A stretch of DNA of 64,000 nt from Desulfatiglandales bacterium (GTDB taxonomy: Bacteria; Desulfobacterota; DSM-4660; Desulfatiglandales; Desulfatiglandaceae): positions 3,040,001 to 3,104,000 of the forward strand of contig OY762721.1 in the NCBI GenBank assembly GCA_963666345.1. The letters are read 5' to 3'. Below, in pieces: positions 52,960 to 61,753 of the stretch; position 1 is the first letter of the stretch; every line of letters starts with the position of its first letter. Under the pieces are notes generated by a model, which was given only the letters and a program-made list of their open reading frames with translations, was not told where the DNA came from and ran no database searches. The position numbers and the translations under genes are program-made.

Positions 52960-53660
52960 CCCTTTCCGCCTCCTTCTACCATAGTCACAGCAGAATAGAA
53001 GGCTTTCAGGGGTGGGTCAATTTTGGACGCCGATTCGCCCTATAGGTGGGTCATTTTTGCATGCCGATTCACACAGTAAATAATATCCATTACCATTTCT
53101 CTGTCAACCATTTTAGCAGAAAACCCCTTTTATTGCCTCCGTTAAGGATTCGTTTCCTTGTCTGCAGGCGTAAGGGTCTTTAAGCGGAGCCCGGGGGATA
53201 CCTTTTCCCTCTGGCCTAAGAGGCATAACCGGTGAAGCATTATTGCAGATTCACCTGTTTCAGCATCTTACAATTAAACTGTTCAAGATTCATATCATTT
53301 ATTGAAGAAGAACGCATGGCCCAGGATACTGCCTGTCCGCACCGGGCATGTCACCATCCTGTACTGATAAGCAAAGTACGTACCATCAGGTTCGCCAGAT
53401 TTATTGATTCGCTATGCTTCGAAAATACAGCCTGTTAGGCTGCTATCCTCCCCATGATGTAATTGGGGTAACCGTTTGCACGTGTCAGTTTTTTTAACAT
53501 GATGAAAAAAAATGATAAGGCCTGAAGCACGGGGAGATAAAAGTCTCTTCTCCCCGTGATGAATTGTCTGCTCCGGGCATGTCTTTTTTTAACGATTGGG
53601 CAAAATTCAATCCCCGGACATTGCCCATAAAACCGGTTTCTCCTTTTCAAGCCTGTTTGA

Positions 53661-55076
53661 TCAGCCGATCGGCTCAAAGCGGGCCTGGAAAAATCTCAGA
53701 TATTCCGGCTCGTAGACCATTTTCAAGCCCCTTGTCTGCTCCCGTTTGTCGTAGACGGCCTTGATGCTCTCGGCAACTACATCCATGTGGGCCTGCGTAT
53801 AGACCCTGCGCGGAATGGTTACACGCGTCAGCTCCAGGGCGGGATGCCTGTGATCCCCCGTCTTTTCGTCACGGCCGGCGCTTACAATGCCCCGCTCCAT
53901 GGTGCGCACGCCAGAGTCCAGATAGAGCTGCGCGGCAAGGGTTTGGGCGGGGAACTGCTCCTGAGGGATATGGGGATAAAATCGCCTGGCATCCAGGAAT
54001 ATGGCGTGACCGCCCACTGGTTCGACAATGGGGACCTCCCAGTCGAGGAGCAGTTCCCCCAGATAGCGGACCTGCCTTACACGTGATGCCACGTGTTCAT
54101 CCTGCACCATTTCCTCGATCCCCAGGGCCACCGCCTCCATGTCGCGGCCCGCCATTCCCCCGTAGGTATGAAGGCCTTCGTAGACCACCACCATGTTTCT
54201 GGCTTTTTCAGCCACTTCAGGATCATTGACCGCCAGCCAGCCGCCTATATTGACGAGATTGTCCTTTTTTGCGCTCATCCAGGCCCCGTCAGTGTATCCG
54301 CAGAATTCACGCAGGATCTGGGCGATGCTCTTTTCCCTGTAGCCTTCCTCCTGCTCCTGGATAAAAAAGGCGTTTTCAGCCATTCTTGTGGCATCCAGAT
54401 AAATCCTGATGTCGTAGCGGTCGCAGAATCGACGCAACTCCTTTACGTTTGCCATGCTGACCGGCTGACCTCCAGCCATGTTAACCGTGCCTGCAAGACT
54501 TACATAAGGGATTTTACCGGCACCGACCTTGTCGACAAGTGCCTGAAGTTTATCCAGGTCGACATTGCCCTTGAATAAGTTCCGGTTGGCAGGGTCGTGG
54601 GCCTCATCTACGATAACATCCACAAAGGTCCCTCCGGCCAGTTCCTGGTGAAGCCGGGTGGTGGTGAAATACATGTTGCCCGGTATATAGTCGCCTTTGG
54701 AAATAACCGCGCGGCTTATCAGGTGTTCCGCTCCGCGGCCCTGGTGGGCCGGGATGACATTTTGATATCCGTAGTATTTCCTGATGGCCTCTTCGAGGTG
54801 GTAGAAGTTGCGGCTGCCCGCATAGGCCTCGTCACCAAGCATTATGCCGGCCCATTGACGGTCGCTCATGGCGCTTGTGCCGCTGTCTGTAAGCAGGTCG
54901 ATGTATACATCTTCCGAATGCAGCAGAAATGTATTGTAACCGGCCTGCTGGATCGCAAGTTTGCGGGCTTCGGGGTGAAGCATGCGGATCGGTTCGACCA
55001 TCTTTATCTTCCAGGGCTCTGCCCAGGACCTGCGTCCGTATTGCTGCCCCATGGTTTTGTATATTGATTCTGACAT
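53661..55076 (-). CDS. tpl: Tyrosine phenol-lyase (tryptophanase family)
   Basis: DLLTDSGT, GDEAYAGS, MSAKKD; C-terminal LRFFQARF matches TPL rather than tryptophanase LRHF. Confidence 0.8.
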   Translation of the reverse strand: MSESIYKTMGQQYGRRSWAEPWKIKMVEPIRMLHPEARKLAIQQAGYNTFLLHSEDVYIDLLTDSGTSAMSDRQWAGIMLGDEAYAGSRNFYHLEEAIRKYYGYQNVIPAHQGRGAEHLISRAVISKGDYIPGNMYFTTTRLHQELAGGTFVDVIVDEAHDPANRNLFKGNVDLDKLQALVDKVGAGKIPYVSLAGTVNMAGGQPVSMANVKELRRFCDRYDIRIYLDATRMAENAFFIQEQEEGYREKSIAQILREFCGYTDGAWMSAKKDNLVNIGGWLAVNDPEVAEKARNMVVVYEGLHTYGGMAGRDMEAVALGIEEMVQDEHVASRVRQVRYLGELLLDWEVPIVEPVGGHAIFLDARRFYPHIPQEQFPAQTLAAQLYLDSGVRTMERGIVSAGRDEKTGDHRHPALELTRVTIPRRVYTQAHMDVVAESIKAVYDKREQTRGLKMVYEPEYLRFFQARFEPIG

Positions 55077-55111
55077 AAGACCTCCTGGATTTTGAGTTTT
55101 AGGTGCTACCG

Positions 55112-55570
55112 CTATTTTACAGGAATCTCAGTAGAGCTTTTGACCTCGTTGAGCACAAGACTGGTATAGATGCGGGCCACCCCGGGTATGGGCGTCAACC
55201 TATTTACCAGAAAATCCTCCAGGCCCTTGGTGTTTTTCGCCACCACCTTGAGGAGGTAATCATAATCCCCTGTTACATGGTGGCATTCAAGAACCTCGGG
55301 CATCTGTTGAACCGCCTCGTGAAAACCGGCAACCTGCTCCGTATCGTGCAACTGCAGGCTTATACGCACGAAACAGCACATGTCATAGCCCATGCGATGC
55401 CGGTTCACCAAGGCCGCATATCGGTCAATAAAGCCGGATTCTTCCAGGTGCCTCACCCGTGCCAGCGTGGCCGGCGGAGACAGATTCACCCGCCTCGCCA
55501 GCTCCGCGTTACTGATTCGCGCATCCGTCTGTAAAATTCCCAAAACAGCGATATCTATTTCATCAAACAT
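55112..55570 (-). CDS. Lrp/AsnC regulator
   Basis: LQTDARISNAELA, VTGDYDYLLKV. Confidence 0.93.
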   Translation of the reverse strand: MFDEIDIAVLGILQTDARISNAELARRVNLSPPATLARVRHLEESGFIDRYAALVNRHRMGYDMCCFVRISLQLHDTEQVAGFHEAVQQMPEVLECHHVTGDYDYLLKVVAKNTKGLEDFLVNRLTPIPGVARIYTSLVLNEVKSSTEIPVK

Positions 55571-55972
55571 GATTACCTCCGAAGAATTAAATGAAAGACA
55601 CGGCTTATTGTCAATAATATTATTAAGATTGCTAAAAATTAAAAATAATAAATTGTAAAATAGAAGGTTAACCGTATATTGTTCCGATGTCAATGCTTGC
55701 AGCCGGCAATACGCAAAAGAATAGCAGGCGGTTAATTTTGACGGCTCTGTAAGAACTCCGACTTCTCGGTTAGGTTTAACCTTTCCGGTTCTTCTTCAAT
55801 CTAGCTGTGTAAAAAGGTGGTGTTGCTCTGAGATTGTCTTGACCAACGAGGTCATCAGGGCTTTGCTTTTTTTGCACATAAATCTGTGCTTGAATGCACA
55901 TGAAATTGTGCAATTGCCACAAAGCCCCTGTATCCTTAATCCCTTATTAACCCCTTTAAATAACCCCTTAAT

Positions 55973-56568
55973 CCACCAGTTTTACTGGTGGGTCCCAGCT
56001 ATGCTAAGCGGGTAGCGTGGTGGTGACAAAAAAAGAATACCTCCATAATATCGGGGTAGGTGACCCTGAAGATAAAAGGAGGTATTCAATGAATGATTTT
56101 AGAAAATTAGCACATGCGATCTGGGATTGCAAATACCACATAGTTTGGTGCCCGAAATATCGATTCAGGATTCTGAAAGGTGCAGTAAGAAAATCAGTCT
56201 GTGAAATTATAAAGCAGCTGTGCGAATGGAAGAAGCTTGAAATTCTGGAAATGAATGTCCAGAAAGACCATGTGCATCTTGTGATATCAATACCACCGAA
56301 GTTATCGGTTTCGGAAGTAACAGGTTTTTTGAAAGGCAAATGCGCCATAAAGATCTTTGATAGGCATCTGGAGTTGGAAAGGCGGTACTGGGGAAGGCAT
56401 TTTTGGGCGAAGGGATACTGTGTCAGTACCATAGGACTGGATGAGGAGAAGATCAGAAAGTATGTCAAATGGCAGTTGGAAAAAGATAAGCGCATGTAAT
56501 TGCCTAGTATAAGGATGTAAATGTTACCCTTTTAGGGTCACCTTTTAGTCCACCCCTTTTAGGGGTGG
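55973..56568 (+). mobile_element. IS200-like element (tnpA only)
   Basis: Subterminal hairpins CCACCAGTTTTACTGGTGG and CCACCCCTTTTAGGGGTGG flank tnpA; exact ends uncertain. Confidence 0.8.
56089..56499 (+). CDS. tnpA: IS200/IS605 Y1 transposase
   Basis: YHIVWCPKYR, DHVHL, FWAKGY, IRKYV. Confidence 0.95.
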   Translation: MNDFRKLAHAIWDCKYHIVWCPKYRFRILKGAVRKSVCEIIKQLCEWKKLEILEMNVQKDHVHLVISIPPKLSVSEVTGFLKGKCAIKIFDRHLELERRYWGRHFWAKGYCVSTIGLDEEKIRKYVKWQLEKDKRM

Positions 56569-56620
56569 TTGTTAAATTACCGGCTTTTGCTGAAATACAA
56601 TCTAGTGGCATACCTCTTGA

Positions 56621-56863
56621 ATGCTATTTCTTATAAAGGGGGTGATGAAAATGACGGGATGGTATGGGGATCAGCTTCTTTCAGAGCGTGAAAGGACTAT
56701 TGAATACAACAGGGGTCTTAAGATGGGCCTTTGGCTTCTTAAAAAGAGCAAAATCCTGCCCCTGGATTTTCTGATCAATGCCCTGGAAGAAGAAATCAAG
56801 AACAGTGAGCTTGAGCATACTGAAATGCTTTTGAGGTTTCACTTAAGAGATCCGTTACACTGA
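56621..56863 (+). CDS. Small hypothetical protein
   Basis: Open frame with GGGGTG RBS before internal ATGs; no family recognised. Confidence 0.45.
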   Translation: MLFLIKGVMKMTGWYGDQLLSERERTIEYNRGLKMGLWLLKKSKILPLDFLINALEEEIKNSELEHTEMLLRFHLRDPLH

Positions 56864-56912
56864 AAAGGAAGACTCATTCAATGATTTAAGAGAACAATGA
56901 GCTTACTTTTAA

Positions 56913-57049
56913 TATCTTCACAAAAAGGCATTAAAGTATAAGTATATCAAGCGTTCATTTATTTATGCTTGTTGCATTAAATAAATACAACCGGAGTCAC
57001 CCATGAAGTAATCAGACCCCGTTTCTCGGATAGAGAGGTGGGGTTTTTT
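56913..57049 (+). repeat. About 135-bp direct repeat copy 1 (promoter-hairpin-terminator unit)
   Basis: Near-identical to 60484-60617. Confidence 0.85.
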
Positions 57050-57111
57050 ATTTTTATAGGCGAATACCCTCTAAGACATAAACTGTTGAATAATGAAAGA
57101 ATGATTGAATT

Positions 57112-57264
57112 TCAAATACTGCCAGGCACTGCTGAAGGTGCGCTACGACGTCCGCACACTCCAGAGACTTTCTTGGCCATACTGATGGCAAATCGACGAT
57201 GATTTACACCCATGTGCTTAATCGTGGACCATCCGGTGTTAAGAGTTCCGTCGATGAATTTTGA
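57112..57264 (+). pseudogene. intI: Integron integrase C-terminal remnant, frameshifted
   Basis: YDVRTLQ / LGHTDGKSTMIYTHVLNRGPSGVKSSVDEF*, the IntI-type C-terminus. Confidence 0.85.
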
Positions 57265-57392
57265 GATAATTAACAAGGTTTTTATACGGGTCCGTATATA
57301 CAATGTTGGAAAGCCATAGCGTTAGTTCAAGGCTTTCCGAAATTTCAGTTTACAATCTCAGCATTTTCTTTCTGAGGTAATTTAAAATCGCC

Positions 57393-57419
57393 TTGACAAT
57401 CTGTATCCTATAGGAAACA
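57393..57419 (+). promoter_or_regulatory. TA promoter/operator
   Basis: TTGACA followed by near-palindrome TGTATCCTATAGGAAACA. Confidence 0.6.
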
Positions 57420-57427
57420 CTTAGGGC

Positions 57428-57727
57428 ATGAAATTCAGACTCCGAAGTACGAAACAATATGACAAGTGGTTTTCCAAACTGAAAGAGTCAACGGCAAAAA
57501 TAAGGGTTTTGGCCAGACTCAATCGAGTTGAAAACGGCAATTTCGGAGATTTTAAGCAAATCAGCCCCAGCGTGTTTGAGTTGCGCTTTTTCTTTGGCGC
57601 TGGTCTCAGGATTTACTACACAATCCAGGACAGCAAGGTGGTTTTGCTACTGGCCGGTGGTAACAAGTCCAGCCAGGAAAAAGATATTGAAAAGGTCTCT
57701 GAGCTTTTGAAAGAATTGGAGGATTAA
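57428..57727 (+). CDS. RelE/ParE-superfamily addiction-module toxin
   Basis: GNFGDFK, ELRFFFGAGLRIYY, LLLAGGNKSSQEKDI. Confidence 0.9.
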   Translation: MKFRLRSTKQYDKWFSKLKESTAKIRVLARLNRVENGNFGDFKQISPSVFELRFFFGAGLRIYYTIQDSKVVLLLAGGNKSSQEKDIEKVSELLKELED

Positions 57728-57730
57728 ATC

Positions 57731-58009
57731 ATGAAACTTAAAACAAAATCTTTTGATATTGCCGAACATTTGAATACCCCTGAAGAGATTCGCGGTTTTC
57801 TGCAAGAGGTTGCTGCTACTGGCGACGAATCCGACTTCATCCACGCTTTGAATACCGCTGCCAGAGCAATAGGCATGACCGAGGTCGCTAAAAAAGCCGG
57901 AGTCACCCGCGCAAGCCTGTATAAATCTCTTGCCGAAGGCGGCAATCCAAAATTTATCACAATCAGCAAAGTAACAAAGGCCCTTGGCTGTAAGATAGCT
58001 GTTTTGTAA
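57731..58009 (+). CDS. Addiction-module HTH antidote
   Basis: FDIAEHL, GMTEVAKKAGVTRASLYKSL..GNP. Confidence 0.9.
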   Translation: MKLKTKSFDIAEHLNTPEEIRGFLQEVAATGDESDFIHALNTAARAIGMTEVAKKAGVTRASLYKSLAEGGNPKFITISKVTKALGCKIAVL

Positions 58010-58020
58010 AGGGTATGTGG

Positions 58021-58059
58021 GGTAATGCCGTAGATGTCAATTATGAAGATTATCATTAG
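58021..58059 (+). pseudogene. HigB toxin 3' remnant
   Basis: [12 protein letters not shown] directly before higA. Confidence 0.65.
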
Positions 58060-58061
58060 AG

Positions 58062-58358
58062 GTGAATGCCATGCGTATGCACAATCCACCACATCCTGGA
58101 GAAATAATACGGGAAATGTGTGTTGAGCCCCTTGGATTAACAGTAATCGATACTGCCAAAGCGTTGAAAGTGACACGAAAGACTCTTTCAGGCTTGTTGA
58201 ACGGCAGAGCGGGAATTAGTCCCGGGATGGCACTACGGTTATCAAAAGTTTTTGGACGTACACCGGAGGGCTGGATGCGTCTGCAGTTGCAGTATGATTT
58301 GTGGAAGGCTGAACAGTCCTTCGACATAAGTGGCCTGAAACGTATCAAAGCTGCGTGA
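58062..58358 (+). CDS. higA: HigA family antitoxin (orphan)
   Basis: [30 protein letters not shown]. Confidence 0.92.
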   Translation: MNAMRMHNPPHPGEIIREMCVEPLGLTVIDTAKALKVTRKTLSGLLNGRAGISPGMALRLSKVFGRTPEGWMRLQLQYDLWKAEQSFDISGLKRIKAA

Positions 58359-58372
58359 CTATAAGCAGCATC

Positions 58373-58500
58373 AGATAACCAATCGCTCGAGAGGGACCGG
58401 GCTTACCGTGCGGCGTTTTCGGAAAAATACGGTTTTAAAAAATGAAAATATTTATTTGAGGTCTCTGGGTTAAAGAAGCCCGGCCCCTCAGCTCTATTGA
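58373..58500 (+). repeat. Long attC-like site, R' degenerate
   Basis: AGATAAC CAATC GCTCGAGAGGGACCGGGCTT...AAGCCCGGCCCCTCAGC. Confidence 0.65.
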
Positions 58501-58573
58501 TGGCACGGACGCTACGCGCCGTGCCATCGGCCCCGCGTATTATCATCCGCATGCTGTCCGGCGCTGCGCGCCG

Positions 58574-58656
58574 GCCATCAAGCGGATGCAGCGGTCGGTC
58601 ATCCACGCGAGCAAGCTCGCGCGTTCGCCCGCCGCTGATCCGCGGGGCCGTTGGGT
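58574..58656 (+). repeat. attC site, R'' degenerate
   Basis: GATGCAGCGG...CCGCTGATC then GTTGGGT 4 nt before ATG 58661. Confidence 0.75.
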
Positions 58657-58660
58657 TTTT

Positions 58661-59437
58661 ATGAAGAAATTGCGAAACAGATACATTTTCTTGGGAATTG
58701 TAATATTTATTACAACGACAGGATCTCTTTTATACCCTAAATATATTAGCCTGAAGGCCAAACTTACTCATGAGTTCGATTTGACGGTTCAAGGCGCTTC
58801 TTTAGCCTTTAATGAGTCAGTTAACAGGCATGTAGATTATCTTAACCAAAACCTTGATGAATCATTTAGAAATCTTGAGTTGTCATTGATTAGCCAGTCA
58901 GAAGAGCTGGATAGTTACCTGAGCAGAATGTCCCAGGGAGAACCCGATGTTATGGAAAAAGTGTCAAATACATTTGAGGCAGCTTATAAAAAGCATATTT
59001 ATCCTGCCATCGTTGATTTTGAAAAATCATACGAAAATGAACTTGCCCAACTGGAAGAGGGATTGTTAATACGTTTGAATCATTCAATTTCGATTGGTAG
59101 TTTTAAGACTAAATCTATTGGATTGAATCAACCTACATTAAGAGTTACAAATATTCTTCGATCCCCGAAGGGTCTAATCATAAAGGTAGTTGATGATTCC
59201 TTTGAATGGGTTCCTATAGTTGGTGATGCATGGGGATTTCTAAAGATAGTATATGATCCGCGAAAAGAAAATATTGAAAATAAGATTGTTGAGGTTACAG
59301 ATGCTCTCAGATCTTCAATAAATCACAAACTCTTAAAATATTCTACACTTACCCCCTCCCATATAGAGAAGGTTTGTAGGGATTCTTTTAATGGTAAATC
59401 TGCAGCTATTTATTATATATATCTGACTTATTTTTAG
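58661..59437 (+). CDS. Cassette gene: membrane-anchored helical protein of unknown function
   Basis: N-terminal TM; low GC; starts right after R'. Confidence 0.7.
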   Translation: MKKLRNRYIFLGIVIFITTTGSLLYPKYISLKAKLTHEFDLTVQGASLAFNESVNRHVDYLNQNLDESFRNLELSLISQSEELDSYLSRMSQGEPDVMEKVSNTFEAAYKKHIYPAIVDFEKSYENELAQLEEGLLIRLNHSISIGSFKTKSIGLNQPTLRVTNILRSPKGLIIKVVDDSFEWVPIVGDAWGFLKIVYDPRKENIENKIVEVTDALRSSINHKLLKYSTLTPSHIEKVCRDSFNGKSAAIYYIYLTYF

Positions 59438-59449
59438 GAAATAATCCCT

Positions 59450-60223
59450 ATGCTTAATCAAGTAAATAAAATGGGTTTCCTCCGAAGAAGTATTATTTAT
59501 TTTTCGGCATTTTTCATGCTTGTTGGATTTAGCTATCCAGCAGAAGCTGGATTTTTGTCAAAAATAGGAACGGGAGTTTTAAAGATATTTACCAAGTTTA
59601 CAAAGAAAGAAGCCGACGAGCTGGGTGAAAAAGGAGTTAAGAAATCCGTGAACAAACATACAGATGATGTCGTAAAGAAGGGAGCAATAGGGCATCCTGC
59701 AAAGGTTGGCAAAAAGGAATTCTATCCGAAGGGCGAAGAGGCACTTAGGTCTAAAGGTTACAGATATCTTGACGGTGATAAAGCCATAAAGGGTAAAGGA
59801 AGAGCTCATCGTAGAAAGCCCGACTATATTGCAGAAAAGGATAATAAAGTTGTAATTGGTGAAACGAAGTCCCCAGACGAACCGCCAACTTCTTCTAGCT
59901 GGAGGCATCGACAGCCTAATGATAGCCAAGAGATGGCAAATGTACGTGCAGATGTGGCTGCAAGTGAGAAGGCCGGAAAGCTTGATCCAGAGGTAGGCGG
60001 GCATGAGATTATTATTAGAGGACAAATTCCAGACTATGCAAAAAACATAGGGAAGACATATGATATGCCTGTTGATGCAGCAGGGAAAAAGATTATGGGA
60101 GGTTATACTGTTGATGCAAGCCAGGGGAAAAATGTCGAGCAAGCCTTAAAGAACTGCGGAAAAAAAAGTTATGAAAAGATTGATAATGGAAATGGGTCAA
60201 TTACATATGTATTTAAGTTATAA
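59450..60223 (+). CDS. Cassette gene: exported protein with possible PD-(D/E)xK motif
   Basis: Signal peptide (PAEA), RKPDYIAE...VIGETKS. Confidence 0.65.
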   Translation: MLNQVNKMGFLRRSIIYFSAFFMLVGFSYPAEAGFLSKIGTGVLKIFTKFTKKEADELGEKGVKKSVNKHTDDVVKKGAIGHPAKVGKKEFYPKGEEALRSKGYRYLDGDKAIKGKGRAHRRKPDYIAEKDNKVVIGETKSPDEPPTSSSWRHRQPNDSQEMANVRADVAASEKAGKLDPEVGGHEIIIRGQIPDYAKNIGKTYDMPVDAAGKKIMGGYTVDASQGKNVEQALKNCGKKSYEKIDNGNGSITYVFKL

Positions 60224-60228
60224 GCAAA

Positions 60229-60294
60229 ACTCAACAAATAAAGGATTAGTTCCGAGTCGAGGAACGAGTGCTCGGAACTAATCCATGGTTCAAG
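60229..60294 (+). repeat. attC-like site
   Basis: ACTCAAC, 14-bp IR GGATTAGTTCCGAG/CTCGGAACTAATCC, GTTCAAG. Confidence 0.6.
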
Positions 60295-60483
60295 AAGCGG
60301 CGGAGTATAGGGAAAAAGGTTGATAGTTGCAGGACGGTTTTGCAGGTCAGGTCATGGAAAAGATCCAAAAGAAAATTTTTAAGAGACGGTCGATGCCAAA
60401 TCAAGTGATTCATAGACATAAAAATCCTGATTAAATCGGTTAAAAACCGGCATCCGGGCACAGAACAATCAACTTGCTTTTGG

Positions 60484-60617
60484 TATCTTGACAAAAAGGC
60501 ATGAAAGTATAAGTATATCAAGCGTTCATTTATTTATGCTTGTTGCATTAAATAAATACAACCGGAGGCCCCATGTGGAAATCAGACCCCGTTTCTCGGA
60601 TAGAGAGGTGGGGTTTT
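60484..60617 (+). repeat. About 135-bp direct repeat copy 2
   Basis: Near-identical to 56913-57049; has TTGACA. Confidence 0.85.
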
Positions 60618-60656
60618 GTTGTCTATGCCTTTGATTTTAACTTACAAAGCTATTCT

Positions 60657-60898
60657 GGATCATCTCCAAAAGAGTTGATCCAAATAACGGGTTCTTTGCT
60701 CCGCTTACGCTTCGCTCAGTCCCACTACTTCGTAGCGGGTTCCCGGTTTCAACGGGCCAAGGATTCAAGGTCCCCAGTGGCATACTTTGAAATTGCAGAG
60801 AGTTAAACGGTTGATAAAGAACGTATATGCCTTGCTTGCATATAACAAAACGTTTTTTTTAAAGATGACTGGTGCGTTTTGAACTCCCAAATCATAAA
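60657..60898 (+). mobile_element. Four-helix-bundle element copy D (left end plus decayed 5' ORF)
   Basis: Exact GGATCATCTCCAAAAGAGTTGATCC; GGGCCAAG GATTCAAG GTCCCCAG; AGAGAGTTAAACG...CTCCCAAATCA with stops. Confidence 0.8.
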
Positions 60899-61061
60899 GT
60901 TAAGAAGGTACCGTAAATATGATCGGCGAATTTGCACAATTTTCAGGGCAACTGTGCACAGGTTTTTGTGCAAAGGCTTGTTCCAAAGTGGTGCAGAAGG
61001 ATTCAATAAACGGGGAATAATTCTCACTACTCACTAGTTAGCCCGAAAAAGAGGAATTAGT

Positions 61062-61715
61062 ATGAGACAGAACGTTAAAGACTTTGCAAGCATAGTAAGC
61101 ATAACGTTACCAACCCTTGAACCTATATATGAATTTGGTTCATTTCAAGTACCTGAGCAGATAGGGTTTGCGGATTTGCGTCCGTTATTCCGCAATAAAG
61201 AATATATTGGTTGTGACATGCGAGAAGGCCCAGGCGTTGATAAGATATTGGATTTACATGCGATTGACATCCCTTCTGAATCCGTTGGAACAGTTTTGTG
61301 TTTTGATACACTGGAACATGTTGAATATCCCCGTAAGGCATTAGAAGAGATACATCGAATACTTAAACCTAATGGAATTGCAGTAATTAGTTCTGTTATG
61401 GATTTTCCTATTCACGATCATCCCTATGATTATTGGCGATTCACACCTGAAGCATTCAAATCAATTTTGAAGCCCTTCGATAAGTCTTTCGTGGGATTTC
61501 AAGGTAATGAGAGTTTTCCTCATACAATAGTAGGAATTGGCTTTAAAAATGATAAGCCTTCTTTAACAGAGTTTACAGAAAAGTACGCAAAATGGCAGAA
61601 AGCCGATAAAAAATCGATTAGACAAATAGTTCTAAAGCTGACACCGCCGATATTTATTCCAGTAATAGCAAGTCTTTATAGAACCGTCACTGGGCTAACA
61701 AGGCGCTCCACCTGA
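61062..61715 (+). CDS. Cassette gene: class I SAM-dependent methyltransferase
   Basis: YIGCDM..GPGVD, DTLEHV, ILKPNG, DYWRFT; cassette bounded by GTTAGCC (61037) and GGCTAAC (61693). Confidence 0.9.
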   Translation: MRQNVKDFASIVSITLPTLEPIYEFGSFQVPEQIGFADLRPLFRNKEYIGCDMREGPGVDKILDLHAIDIPSESVGTVLCFDTLEHVEYPRKALEEIHRILKPNGIAVISSVMDFPIHDHPYDYWRFTPEAFKSILKPFDKSFVGFQGNESFPHTIVGIGFKNDKPSLTEFTEKYAKWQKADKKSIRQIVLKLTPPIFIPVIASLYRTVTGLTRRST

Positions 61716-61753
61716 CCGCTACTCCGCTGCGCTACATAGCGGCAGGTGATCTC
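61693..61753 (+). repeat. attC site interrupted at R' by a group II intron
   Basis: GGCTAAC AAGGC GCTCCACCTGACCGCTA...TAGCGGCAGGTGATC. Confidence 0.88.

Larger units (their letters stand above)
50621..53073 (-). mobile_element. Complete IS21-family insertion sequence
   Basis: TGT...ACA ends with repeated AAAATTGACCCA motifs; 8-bp TSD CAGTAAAT at 50613-50620 and 53074-53081. Confidence 0.95.

Noticed and set aside
56500..56620. tnpB / omega-RNA associated with tnpA
   Set aside because: No tnpB ORF; right-end hairpin follows tnpA directly
57112..57303. 63-aa minus-strand ORF
   Set aside because: Antisense shadow of the intI remnant
58586..58660. N-terminal extension of cassette ORF
   Set aside because: It is attC sequence read through; likely start is ATG 58661
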